This document shows, one piece after another, positions 38,801-50,800 of a DNA stretch of 64,000 bases. Location of the stretch: assembly GCA_973895155.1 (NCBI GenBank), contig OZ316899.1:8063241-8127240 (forward strand), written 5' to 3'. Position 1 is the first letter of the stretch. The number at the start of each line of letters is the position of its first letter. The stretch comes from Marsupella aquatica. Lineage: Eukaryota > Plantae > Marchantiophyta. The notes below the pieces were generated by a model that worked only from the letters and a program-made list of their open reading frames with translations, did no database searches and was not told the DNA's origin. Position numbers and translations under genes: made by a program.

Positions 38801-39250
38801 CTTCTCCAATGTCAAACTCTTCTTGGTCCGATGGATTTGCACCATGCATGTCTGGTTCTTCGTCCCCCTGTGCCTCTGCATCTTCATAAAGTGCATCCAG
38901 GTCTTGAAAAATGTCTGAAACCATCCTAGGAACATCTGCCTTGTCCTCATTAGAAGTCTCGAGACCTCCCTGTGGAACATACTCATCTTTGGCATTGTTG
39001 CCTACATGATCAGTGACGTTATGAAAGAATGCAGAGTGTCTTGCTGTATTCACATTTTCAAAATCTGCTTTCCATTCATCATCCGATGAATCCTCTTCCT
39101 CTGGCACATTCCACACCCTGCGGATTGGATGTCTTCCATGCCTTTGAAGATGAGAATGCACTTGGTTCAGGGTCATCGAGTGGTATCCTCATTTGCCTGA
39201 TCCATACCTTCAGCTGTCGTAGGCACCACTTGGCTATGTACCCTTTGCAC
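35891..39250 (-). pseudogene. CACTA Tnp2/TnpD transposase
   Basis: IHACPDGH..CPICG..RY, VLRHFPLIPRLQRL, GLSLDGANPF, YNLPPW, IDVMHIEKNV, GSMKTHDFH, FFDVMTHL, RWMYPMER and EPFVFPSQVEQVFF. Confidence 0.93.
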
Positions 39251-39615
39251 TAAACAGGCTTATACAATTGCATATTCTAAGTACATGGAGGGACACATGC
39301 AAGTTTCATGAAGGAAATATCACAGACGCTAAACACACTCACTATCAAGTTCGCTCTGTGCTGCGCCCAACCTGCCCACGTATCATCTGCTCACTACAGG
39401 CAGCAACATCATAACAGACTTGCTATAATCAGTGAAGTGCTTGGTCGTTGACCAGTCAATGGTACAACGTACATCATACACGGCCATACATCTCCACATG
39501 CAAAACCAAGACATTTGGAGGATGAAAAGGAGTAATGTCTTGTAGACCAAAAATAACACACAAGAGTTTATTTCAAAAATGTAACCGTCTAGCATACAGA
39601 CAGTTGAGACCTTAC

Positions 39616-40629
39616 TTATTCATAATCATTAGGGTTAACAGAATCATACGCACTATCAAAAAACTCTTCATCTGTGGTCTGGAACTCAGAAGTAACATAT
39701 TCTGGGTTGTCATAGGGAATGAATGGCTTTGTTGGCCATATTTCATATAAATCATATTTATGCTCATCTAATCGCATATTTGTTGAAAGTGACTGCCTGA
39801 CCCATTCAGGGCAGACCACACGCAGCCCATGTGTGATAAGCCATTGTACTGTGGACTTTCCATACTCTCAGCATGCCTTAGAATATGAATGAGCAATGAG
39901 ATGGGTGGTCTCATTAGTGAGCTTCTCAATTACTGTACCACCTCTTCTACTGATCTCCCTCTTGAAACGACAGACCCTATATGGCTTGATAGACTTGTCA
40001 AGTATAACAGCCCTCACACCTCTGAACATGGTACGGTTTGGGATGGGTTCTGTCTCATATGGGAGAATGTTGTTGTATACTTTTGTGATCTGGTCAATAG
40101 ACGAAACCCTACTCCCACCTCTCCCTGCAATTCTACGAGCCTTGTGCCAATCTCGACTGTCTTTCATCATTTGGACGCTATTGTACTTTCTCTCAAACAA
40201 ATTGTAATCATCAGGATCTTGGACAATCCCTTTTCTAAGGGAGTCAGACATCCATTCTGCTGAAAGTATTTTGACATGCCTCAAGAAGACTTTGTCATAG
40301 AAAACCGACCAAGATGCCATTTTCAGACAATGTTCCCATGTTTCTGCAATAATATGGGTGACTTCAGTGTCCTGTAGTTGAGATTGTGTCTTTGTACCGT
40401 GACGCTCAATGAGTTTTCTCCTAAGGATATCCAATCTTGCACTCTGAATACCCGGGACAAAAAAGACTCTGACCCCTTGGAAGATGGGAGCACATTGGGA
40501 AGTTGGAAGGGGGACAGGTTCACGCTTCCGTTTGGAAGGCAATACATGCAGTAAATCCCAGCACGGAGTCAATACATGCAGTAAATCCCAGCACGGAGTT
40601 ATAGGACAAACCATATACTCTTCAGTCAA
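39616..40629 (-). pseudogene. Tandem BRCT-domain protein with one in-frame stop
   Basis: Two BRCT-like units: IFQGVRVFF...VTHII...AEWMSDSL..Y and MFRGVRAVIL...RRGGTV...TTHLI...PEWVRQSL..Y. ORFs 39868-40629 and 39616-39819 are in frame across a single TGA. Confidence 0.75.
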
Positions 40630-43600
40630 ATTATTTTCACCATGTGTTCATGTAATTACATTGATGAAAGTAGAGCGACAGCCTACTTCAGTATACACAT
40701 AGCATACATGTGGCCCTTTATATTGTCTTGTCTGCATATAGCCTGAATTCACATTTGAATACCTGTATCTTACATGACAGTGGTGGGGACTGAGAATGAT
40801 ATCATTCAACTGCCCAAATTCCAGTCACATCTGTAATTGTACAAATGTATGGGGCATCACCACCGAGACAGGAAAACAGGATTCTTGTTAACAGGAAAAT
40901 AGGAACTGTTAATTAACAGTAAAGATATGAAGTTTTTGGCCCACTTTTGATGGAAAGGTAAGACTTGATCGGGTTCCTTGCAACAACAAAATTCACATGC
41001 TATCTCTGTAACTGAATTACTTGTCCAGCATATATGCGTAAACCATAGAGTGGGTCCCACCATACACAGGCTACTGAGGTGAGGCACACTCCAAAAATAC
41101 CAATCTTAAAAATATCATCGGAATCGGTAAGGTACTATGTAATAGCGCTAGGCGCTAACAAAAAAACCAAGGGGTTTGAGATGAGACCAAATGGATTGAA
41201 CGGTGTTCATAAATAAATAATTAAGTACACTTCAATGAAGTGTGACCTGGAAGGGGAAGATTTATATCCCACGAGAAGAACTCAAATATAGGAAAGTTCA
41301 CAAACGGAGATTCCGATCGCAAAGATAAGTACTGGAAAGCATTCGGACCATAATCAAACAAGATTCACTCAGAAAGGGACAAACTGAAGCTAGCGCCCGG
41401 CGCTAGCCATATGTTATAACAAAATGTGTAAAGAAAATGAGTATCTGATTAGGTATCATTGAAAAGATGTGAAACGTTCCAATGCGACAAATCAGTTTGG
41501 AGCCGTTGAACGTTACTAAATGTCTAGTCTATAAGTCCAAAGAATTCTGCCTAGCTAGAATGAGCCTCACCTCACCTACAGTCAGAATTGGCTGACTAGC
41601 CAAAGTTGAATCCACCACATCTAGTTTTAGGACGTTGGTATACACCCAATAGAGATGCTTGCACGGCATGAAGGGCCTACCATGAGAATGGCGACGATAG
41701 AAGTCCTCACAAGAACAACATGGGAAAATGCAAATCTGTACCCAATAAGTGTTTGTCGTGTGAAGTCTCTCTTGGGTTTGGATCTGAAATTGTTTGCCCC
41801 AAGAGTTCCCGATAGAAACATCAAATTGTTGAACGAGAGTCATTGACTCCTTGTTTGCGGATTCAATTCTTTTGTTGTGCCCTTGCGAAAGATTTGAACG
41901 TGGGATTGTATTTTTACCATTCCTGCTCCAAAGGCGGATATTTGGCTCAAGGAGATTGATTTTCTCCGGGAAAAGGTTCACATTGATTCGCAAGTCAAAA
42001 GGAGATGGAGCAGCCTGACGTCCGGCCTCTAGATTGATAGCAATCCCTTGCTGAGTCAGGAATTGGACCTCAGCCTCGGAAAGATTCACCACATTATGAC
42101 GGGGCCGGCTCTTATAGCATGCACTATTGGGACAAAACCAAATCATCTCAGGGTGTGGTTCTCCCCTGAACATGCGATATCCTTTGACAACAATGCCAAC
42201 TACACCATCCGTTGACGGGTAACCAACCTTTTTAAGATGATTGCGACAGTCATCTCGATCCGATTATTTTCCACCAAGAGATCCATTACACTGAGGCCCT
42301 GCACCATGTCTCGTCACTCTTCGTAGGTGCCACGCCCCTGGTCGCACATCTGTCTCCAACATAGGTGAGTCATGGACAACCTTTTGGAGGTTGGGAGGTG
42401 CAGACCTTTTGGAGGTTGGGAGGTTGGGAGGTTGGGAGGCTGCAGACGACCTTGTTGACCTCCTCCAGGGCGGAGTACTCCAATGTCTGCCTTCTTCAAT
42501 TTCACTTTCTGACAGGTCCACAACGCCAATGTCATGGTGAATAGGACCCGATGCAACGGGGGAGAATTCAGTCTTGTTTAAGTTTTTCTTTTTCATGCCT
42601 CGAGTATTTGGTGATGTTACAAGAATAGTGTCATGCCGATGGGAGTCTTGTGCCGAGATGTTCCCAGAGGCTTGACCTTTCCTCTTCATAGACTTTGTGG
42701 TAACATCCCCATTGAGAGGGCCACTCCTTTCCAGGTCGAATTCAGCCGCACCGGAAAGAAGCATATTGGAAGCATCTTGGAAAAGTTTTGAAGAACCTGC
42801 CTGGTCTGCCGAACGGAATGCCAATTCCCAAATTGTAGGTCCGGTTCCTCGGTTAAGACCTCTCTTATACGTCGTATACGTAGCAACTTGTGAAAGAGCC
42901 CTATTTTGATCCATCTCACATGCTTCAAATAGACCAGCCTTTTTCTTAGTTTGCCAAGCCTTCATCATGGAATGTGCCGCCTCTGAAGTAGTACAGTTAG
43001 GAATCATAGCGCTTTCCTCTACGCTTTTGTTCTGCATAAAACATTTGGAGCACAGTTTAGGAAATATGGCTTAGTCACTGCATTCAATAAAGAAACATTT
43101 GAACCAAATCATTTGGTTAGATTTTCGGGTTTAATCAATGCCAGCGCCTGGCGCTACCACCATTCACACTAGAATATGGACAAATACGAGTAACAAGTGG
43201 TTCATAAAACTAGTGTCGGGTGCTAGTATCAAAACTCGGGCAAATATTGGAGTGGAACTAGGACACGGAAGTCACTGGAAATAATGATAGCGCCAAGCGC
43301 TAGTATGACTTTGTTTGATTCCTTCTTTTAAAATGTTGATTCGTGTGTTTACTTGTTTATGGATGTTGAAACTCACCAAACAAATAAAATTTCCCCATTG
43401 ACGCCATCGGACCACCCACCACGCAAGCCAACCTTGGAGCATCCGAAGCTTTCCTGGAACACAATTCCCTGATCTCCACATGTCAATTTCCCTGGAAATT
43501 CTGTAGGCTCCAAGAAATGTTGACGCGTTCCTTAAAGAGTCCCACATCTTCCGGTGCTCTTCTCGTTTTTCTTCCAATACTCCTTCAATTGAATGACGAT

Positions 43601-44232
43601 GAAACGATTGATAGAAGTGAAACGCATCCGATCGCTCCTTTTCCGGGTTAGGATGTCCACCAAAAAACACGTTCCGGACAACATTCCATCCAGCTTGAGC
43701 ATTGTCAGCCATGAATCCATGGATTACTGTGATATAGCAATTATTCAGAATTTCTGTGAAAACTTTAAAATTTTCAACTTTTTGAGATAAGTAGTGATTC
43801 GCCTCAGGTTATCTATATTAATTAGGAGCATTAGAGTAGTTAAGCCATCCTCAAGTACATCCTTGTACTCTCCTAAAACTAGTTCCTTTTACAACCATGT
43901 CAAACCGGAGTCACAATAGCAGCTTATACGCTTACGCGCTGATGCTTCCAGACGCTTATACGCAGCCCACCCTGCCGGTAACCGAAAGTAACCGTTGACA
44001 ATGAGGAGGGAGTGACAGAGTGACTTACTGGACCACCTGCTCGCGATGAATATTTCCACTTCCCTGTTTGCTACCAAAGGCCTCGACGATCATACGCCCA
44101 TACGTAGAGACGCTTGAGCGCTGTGGCATTTATACGCTCATACGCAATCACGCCAATACGTCCGACATTTTGCAACTTAGATTTCTGTGGCAATAGTGAA
44201 TCAAATTCCAAGAACCGTGGCTACAACTTGCC

Positions 44233-45810
44233 ATGGCGGGCGTGGAGGAGATGAGTAGCGATTCCCCTATTCCGAAAGCTGTACCTGTGAAGTACCCCGC
44301 ACTGGAGAGGGATTTGATGTTATTGACCGATGCTCTAGAAGTTATGCACCTGGGAAAACTTCTATCCATTCCGTGGTCTTCTATGTGTCCTACCTACTTG
44401 CGCGAGTTCGCTGATGAGTCTCAGATTCCAGAAGCTTTTCAAGAGACTGTTCGAGCAAATCCCGAAAAATGGGACTTGGAATTCGTGGCCGACGCTTTTA
44501 GTTGTCCATCAAAAGGTTGTGGTTTACAATCTGGAAAGAGTACTCTATCTGATCCAATGTTCGCTGGGACGATAAATACGAAGGCTGGATGGAAGCTAAA
44601 TCAATGTATTGATTATACCTTCAAAATTATCCTTGAGTTTTTAGTGCCGATTTTCCATCCCACTCGACCTTACATGGTACCTGTATCTTTGGCGAACACA
44701 TTTGTTACTTCATGGAAGGGACTTGCTGAAGTTAATTGGGGATTGTTACTGAGACACACCATCCTCAGTCAAATCAATGCTGTACAGAATGAAAAACCTA
44801 CATACCTCCCAGCTTACCTCAGTCAGCTTTACTGGTATGGAGACTGTCTACTCCCACAAGAGAAGCTCGAAAGGATTGCACTATTGGAGGAATTAGATGT
44901 GGAACATTCAGAGGCTGATTCGAGACTCGATGATCTGAGAATGGAGGAAACATCAGAAGCCAATCATCAAGAAATTATACCACCTGCTCTGGAACTTATG
45001 GATGAGGATATTAATTCTCACGTTGAGATTACACCTTACCATACTAATAGTAGTCCGACCGACCACTCTCCTCTCCCTGTTATCCCTGCCAGTGAACACA
45101 ATCATCCAGAGAAATTGATTGATGATGAGAAGGCTATTTTTAATCAGGATATAGTAGACAGTTTGTCCAGAATGCTGACCTGTGATCCAGAAGAAATCCT
45201 CCCTATTGTAGATAGATTAAGGACTGCTTCTGTTACTCAACCCTCACCAGCCTATAACTGTATTACTCCATACAATCCCACTTCCATTTATTCACCCACC
45301 CAGAGTCCTATCCAATCAAAACATCCATTCACCGAAGGACAATCAGAAGCCCCTAGGACTACACATCACCTCTCTCTGACAGACATCGAGTATCCAGACA
45401 CTATCATGGGATCCCCAATGGATGAGAGATTACCACCACTGAGAACAGATCTTCAACAAATTATGAATACTTCACCCCGACATCCAACTGAGTACTATTT
45501 TAATCTTGTGGGTGAGATTTGCAAGATGTTGGAATGTGATCCCGGTCATTTGATCGAAATATTAGATGAGATTATGTATAGATTATCACGTATTTCAAGC
45601 CACGACCAGCACTTGGAATACTATGAAGATCTCGTCCACAGATTCACTCAGATGTTTGGCTGCAACACCAAACAAGTTTATTCTGCAGTTCGCTATCATA
45701 CCTCAGCATCAGGCTCTCCCATTTCTTATTCTAGTTCTCCTTCTAGCCATTCACCTACTTCTCCTTATAGTCCTTCAAACCAACCAACCAACTTTTCCCT
45801 AGTTTTTTAG
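44233..45810 (+). CDS. LTR-E embedded accessory protein, 525 aa, distant member of the LTR-gene family
   Basis: Uninterrupted ORF. HLGKLLSIPW, LREF, VADAFSCP, GWKLNQC and ILEFLVPIFHPTRP correspond in order to the central domain of the A, C and D proteins. Confidence 0.75.
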   Translation: MAGVEEMSSDSPIPKAVPVKYPALERDLMLLTDALEVMHLGKLLSIPWSSMCPTYLREFADESQIPEAFQETVRANPEKWDLEFVADAFSCPSKGCGLQSGKSTLSDPMFAGTINTKAGWKLNQCIDYTFKIILEFLVPIFHPTRPYMVPVSLANTFVTSWKGLAEVNWGLLLRHTILSQINAVQNEKPTYLPAYLSQLYWYGDCLLPQEKLERIALLEELDVEHSEADSRLDDLRMEETSEANHQEIIPPALELMDEDINSHVEITPYHTNSSPTDHSPLPVIPASEHNHPEKLIDDEKAIFNQDIVDSLSRMLTCDPEEILPIVDRLRTASVTQPSPAYNCITPYNPTSIYSPTQSPIQSKHPFTEGQSEAPRTTHHLSLTDIEYPDTIMGSPMDERLPPLRTDLQQIMNTSPRHPTEYYFNLVGEICKMLECDPGHLIEILDEIMYRLSRISSHDQHLEYYEDLVHRFTQMFGCNTKQVYSAVRYHTSASGSPISYSSSPSSHSPTSPYSPSNQPTNFSLVF

Positions 45811-45998
45811 AACCTGAGATCACTCCTACAGATGCACATCTTGCCATTTCTTTCCCTGACACTCTTCCATCCAGTCAAGACAAGTCATGCCAAGTCAATT
45901 TTATCCCTACTCTGCATATCGATCCAAAAACCCCTCAGGAGAGTATTAAACAGTTTGTTGAGTTTGTTAGAGTCTCAGACCTTAGATCCCCTCCTATT

Positions 45999-46694
45999 TT
46001 GGAGTTTTGGAAATATTACCATAAGAAGAGAGTTGAATGCCTTTATATCTTGAAACTTCATCTGCTAGAGGTCACTCGCTTGGAGATAGCAGAGATGGAT
46101 GAGATCTGGACAGAAGCTGAGCATTTTTTCCCTGTACTCGCTGTCATGATCCTCGTTGGACACCTTGTATTGGAGAATGGAGATCTGGCTCTAGCTTATT
46201 TCGGGAATTTACCTGCTTATGTCCTGGAGTTCATCATTGTCTTCTTAAGACAAACCAAGAGGAGATTTCAGATGAATCATGAAGCTTCTCCAGTCCAGCC
46301 TGTTGTCCTCCAACGATTTGTTACTCCAGTATCTGAGAAGCAGAGGATTTGGAATAACATCACTTCTCAGCGATTAACAGAGTATACTCTGAAGTGGCGT
46401 GAACTCCTACCATTCGCCAGAGACTCCGAGGTATTCATGGCCAAGTTTCCTCAAAACTACCATGCTACTTGCTGCACTTACGACTTCATTGGTATTTACA
46501 TGCAAGCTAGCAAGGTAAATACCATGCTACATCGGAGGCTACTTCCTGTACTTGATCTTGAACGACAGCGGAAGTCCTTACCTTTCTATCGGCATCACAC
46601 TCAAGATATGGATGCAATTCGAGAAGCTATGCAGACCAACACCTACACCAGAGCTCAGCAACCAGATCCGACGGCACTACTCCAACAAGATTAA
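45999..46694 (+). CDS. Second LTR-E ORF, probably the -1 frame continuation of 44233-45810
   Basis: The frame is already open upstream of the first ORF's stop (..QLFPSFLEPEITPTD..PILEFW). Confidence 0.55.
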   Translation: MEFWKYYHKKRVECLYILKLHLLEVTRLEIAEMDEIWTEAEHFFPVLAVMILVGHLVLENGDLALAYFGNLPAYVLEFIIVFLRQTKRRFQMNHEASPVQPVVLQRFVTPVSEKQRIWNNITSQRLTEYTLKWRELLPFARDSEVFMAKFPQNYHATCCTYDFIGIYMQASKVNTMLHRRLLPVLDLERQRKSLPFYRHHTQDMDAIREAMQTNTYTRAQQPDPTALLQQD

Positions 46695-47854
46695 CTCTAC
46701 TACGACCATAGTTAAGTTATATAGATCCACGCAATTTTAGTTAAATAGTTAAAATAGTCAGAAAAGTCTCATACTTTTCCAAGAGATAGCCCTTACGTAG
46801 TAGAACCTACCTTGAAAATCTCAACTCAAACCGACATGTGTTTTGAAAGTTAAAAATATTTTAGTTTTGTTGTTTTCTGCTTAAACGCAAAAGCGCTAAT
46901 GCGCTTATGCGCCTATGAGCTTATGCGCGCATGCGCCCAACACTTAGAAAATTTTCCAGTTTTCATTTTTCTATAACATTTTTAACACTTTTACCTATTT
47001 TATTGAGACACTTAGGCACCTCAGAAAAGTCTCATATTTTACCAGCATGAAGAATATACAAGCAAGCAAGCACTCTATGTTATTGATGAGTACTTAATAC
47101 AAAGAATTTATTCCCCTTCCTTGTGTTTGAATGTTGAGATTTCAGACCAGAGAAGTAAAACTTTATGATTGATGAATCTTTTGAATGTGTGGAGATAGAT
47201 TCCTTAATTGGTGAAGGCTATACATTCTTGAGTTCTTGATGCATATATTTTTGGCATAACATTGCTTGTGCACGAAGTGCAAAGAATGGTATCACCCAAT
47301 TACCTGTGACTTTAAGTTGTTGATGATGGCGCTTGATATTCGTGACTCAAAGTACCGATTGGATGCTGAAGTGATTGGTTGTTAATCCTAACTTAGTACC
47401 TCGGAAAGAAAGGTTGAGATGTGTAGACGGCACCCTAACAACCATCCCAGTAAAGTATTCCATTCCAGAAATGTCCTTACAAGTTCAATACCTTAAATCA
47501 TCTCAAATTAAGTTATGTTGAGAAGTTACCTTGGTATTTTCCAGACTCCCTCACCATACCTCAAGATTTTATTGTGTTTTGTTAATTGTTTCCATTTTGT
47601 TATTTTATTTACAATGTTAAGCAAACATTCAAAACTATGCCTTACTGAGCAACCATAGTAAAAGACTCACCTTTGTGTTTTTGTTACTTAAGTCATTCAA
47701 AAGTGCTAAATCATAGAAAATCATTTCTTACATGTTCTTCCATGGGAACGAATACCGAGTTTTGGATCTTAAATGTTTATTTATGTTCCTAGTGTGATAC
47801 TACAATTACTACGTTGTCTAACCCATTTTCATGGCAAACCTCAATCATAAATTT

Positions 47855-50800
47855 CCTTATGTTATAAAACCGGACACCATAAAGACGCATGTCCTAAACT
47901 TAATACTAGTCATGTTCGGCATGTGGCTAAGGTCAGACCATGTCAGGGAGAAGTAGAGTACTTTTTAGGGGATGCCGCTGATAGTGTTTTCGGCATCAGT
48001 GAGACTGGAGCACGAGACCTATCCAACCGACCTGCATCTCTCTGGTCAGGATTAAGAAACAATCCAGGAGAAATGTATCCTCGGATTATTCAGAATCCGT
48101 CAGTACCTCCTAGGCCAAATGTGCAAAGATTTTTGGCATGCTATAATTGTGGTCAACCTGGCCATTTTGCTAGAGAATGCCCAAATGCACGCAAACAAGG
48201 TGATGGACAACCAGCTCAGCTATGTATGGGATGCCGACAGGAGGGTCACATGCTAGGACAATGTCCTACTTGGTTGGCAGGACTTGCCACAAATCATAAG
48301 CTCTTGCCGGTCAAGGTTTTGCCTCCGGGTACTACCCCAGGAGGAGTTCAAATCAACCACATCGAACTCGGATGGCAAGTGGATGCCGAGGCAGAGTTTG
48401 GACCATCTGATGATGAGGCCGAGGCCCTATCAACATTTTCAGAAGAGGATTTGAATCATGATTGCTACCGGGTCTCTACTCGATCCACCAGAAGGAAGGA
48501 AAGGTAGGATGGGCTGGCCAAAAATAAGGGGAAGGTTAAAGAAGAAAAGATCGACTCTTTGTCAACATCAACAGAAGGAGAAGGAAGGGCGCCGGCAACA
48601 CAGGTAAGCCATGAGCCCGCAAGTGAGCCCAATCCTTCACAGGACAACGACTTCAATCAAGACCACCCTAAGTTGTTTTACCCCTCTATTACGGCTAGTG
48701 TTAAGGAACAACTGCGAGAATTGGAAACCCTGGAGAATACCGAAGCCATAGCCAAGGATGTGAAACGAGCAAAAGCATTGTTTGCTTTGGAGGATCCAAG
48801 GGCTGTGGAAACTAGCGTGAAAAAACAGGCCGAAGCCAATACAGAGACACCGCCAGAAGAGAAGCTGATAGTCCCCTATGACTTGGCTAAAGATGTACCA
48901 GAATCTAGAGTCTCGGCAACAGTAGGTCAACTATTGAAAAATAGCCCATACTTTCGGAAGCAGTTAAGGAAGGCCATTCTCGGCAAGCCAAGATTACCCA
49001 AGGTAGCAACCAAATCCGACGTGCTGATGATAGAAGAAGATCAAGGAGCCCCAACATTACCATTAATGATTCAAGGAGAAATATTACTAAGGGTACCCAT
49101 CAATGGAGGATCAGGGGTACGTATTATGATTGATTCAACAGCAAAAGGATGGGGACTAACGCCAGAGATGACTGGAAGAGTGTTGAACATGGCCAATGGG
49201 TATCAGGTCATTCCCACGGGAGTGTTAACCGGCATCAAGACTGAGATAGGAGGGATCTTCTTTAGCATTAACTATGTAGTAATGAAGCCGGTAAACCCTA
49301 CGTCATTTCGGCTATTGATTGGCAGGCCATGGCTGTATCTAGCCAAGGTAATAGAAGATTGGGGGAACAAGGAGTTCACTTTTGGAACCCCCGCTATCAC
49401 GGTATCTTGGGACACCAAGGATGACCGTAGGAGAAGCATCAAGGAGGTAGACGGGTATGACAGTGGACTAGAGTCTGCAAATGAGGTACGTTGGCTAGAA
49501 TGCCTCACTAACCTGACCGAAGAAAGTATCTTTGGACCAGAAGTATCCCCCAATGGACTATGGCAAGAACCTATGGAGAGTGACTTGGAGGAATGTGAAG
49601 ACGAAACCAAGGACTGCTTTGCCATAGAGTCCACCTTTTTAGCTTCAATTCCGGAGGAAGCACAAAAAGTGGACCAATTGAATGAAACGGCTAAGTGGGG
49701 AGATGCACCCAAGCCAGTGGATTTTCCTCAGGCGTTGTGGCAGAGCCGGCAGGATCCACAACGCCATCTATCATCGGCAATAAATTAAATACCAAGGAAT
49801 CGGCATACAAGCCAATTATGAGGACAAAACAAATTGAGGCCCTATTAGAAGCCGGAAGAGCACAGCGACCTGACCCTCAGGAGGCAGGAATGGATGAGAT
49901 ACATAGAAACAAGCCAGAGCCGAGGCCGGAAGGGAAGTCGACCACAAATTTAAAACCAAATAGTCCGGCAAGGGGACACTCTGCGCATAACCAAGGAGAA
50001 ACCGACTCGGCTAGTACGGCCGAGATTCCAGTTTATGGAGGTATGAGACTGGAGAGGCTGGAAGCCGAATTGGACCCAAACTTGAAGAAGCAGATTAATA
50101 TGATCCAAGCACGGCAATACCGAAAGCTCAACTTAGGAGAAGGAAGGGAACTGAACTTGGGACGGGACCTAGCACCTGAGCTTGAGAAAGAAATCAGTGA
50201 ATTACTGATTGAATTTCAGGATGTGTTTGCATGGAGTCACCAAGACCTGAAGGGAGTAGACCCAAAATTAGGAGAACATCGAATTGATCTCATGTTAGGG
50301 GCCAAATCATTTTGACAACCAATTCGAAGGATGAACCCTAAGTATTCCCTGATGGTCAAAACTGAAATTGACAAACTAGTGGAAGTCGGATTCATCACTC
50401 CAGTCCTACATTCAAACTGGGTGTCTCCAATTGTGATAGTTCCCAAGAAAGCTGGATCCGATGGTAAACCCAAGATCCGGGTTTATCAGGATTACAGGAA
50501 GTTGAATGAGGCTACGTTAAAGGTCAAGTGCAAGCTAGAGGGGTACTGAAAGGATCTCCATTTTCTCCACCAAAAGGACATAGGTCCTTGGTAAAAGCAA
50601 TCACTAGAGGACAAAAAGACCAAAATGTTACATGGAATGGCCAGGATTGTTTTGGTGAGATTGAAAGGTAAGATCTTGCATGCCAAATCTTTGGAAGTGT
50701 GTCCACATATTTCGGAATTTAAGAAGAGTGCCCAATCTTTTTGGAAGTGTGCCCAACCTTTTTGGGAGTGTGCTCAGCTAAATCTTAATGACATTTATAC

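Larger units (their letters stand above)
31906..39250 (-). mobile_element. CACTA (En/Spm) transposon; the second terminus was not found
   Basis: Begins CACTAGTAGAAA at 31906, followed by dense TGACT/AGTCA subterminal repeats to about 32235. Carries TnpA-like and Tnp2 genes. The right coordinate is a minimum. Confidence 0.88.
43728..47804 (+). mobile_element. Gypsy solo LTR-E (4077 bp), protein-coding
   Basis: TGTGAT...CTACA termini and TSD ATTAC (43723-43727, 47805-47809). The interrupted reading frame is restored on removal. No gag/pol inside. Confidence 0.85.
41529..47852 (-). pseudogene. MULE-like transposase with SWIM zinc finger, interrupted by solo LTR-E and 5'-truncated
   Basis: GFMADNAQAGWN...ER...FHFYQS motif and SWIM CSCEDF...PCKH. 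Removing 43728-47804 plus one TSD restores MIEVCHENGLDNVVIHGFMADN. Confidence 0.75.

Noticed and set aside
44233-46694. Host gene
   Set aside because: It is intronless and lies inside a TG...CA unit with a 5-bp TSD that splits a transposase frame.
43205-47800. TAGTG at 43211 or 47790 as the second CACTA terminus
   Set aside because: Neither matches TTTCTACTAGTG followed by TTC, and neither has subterminal repeats.
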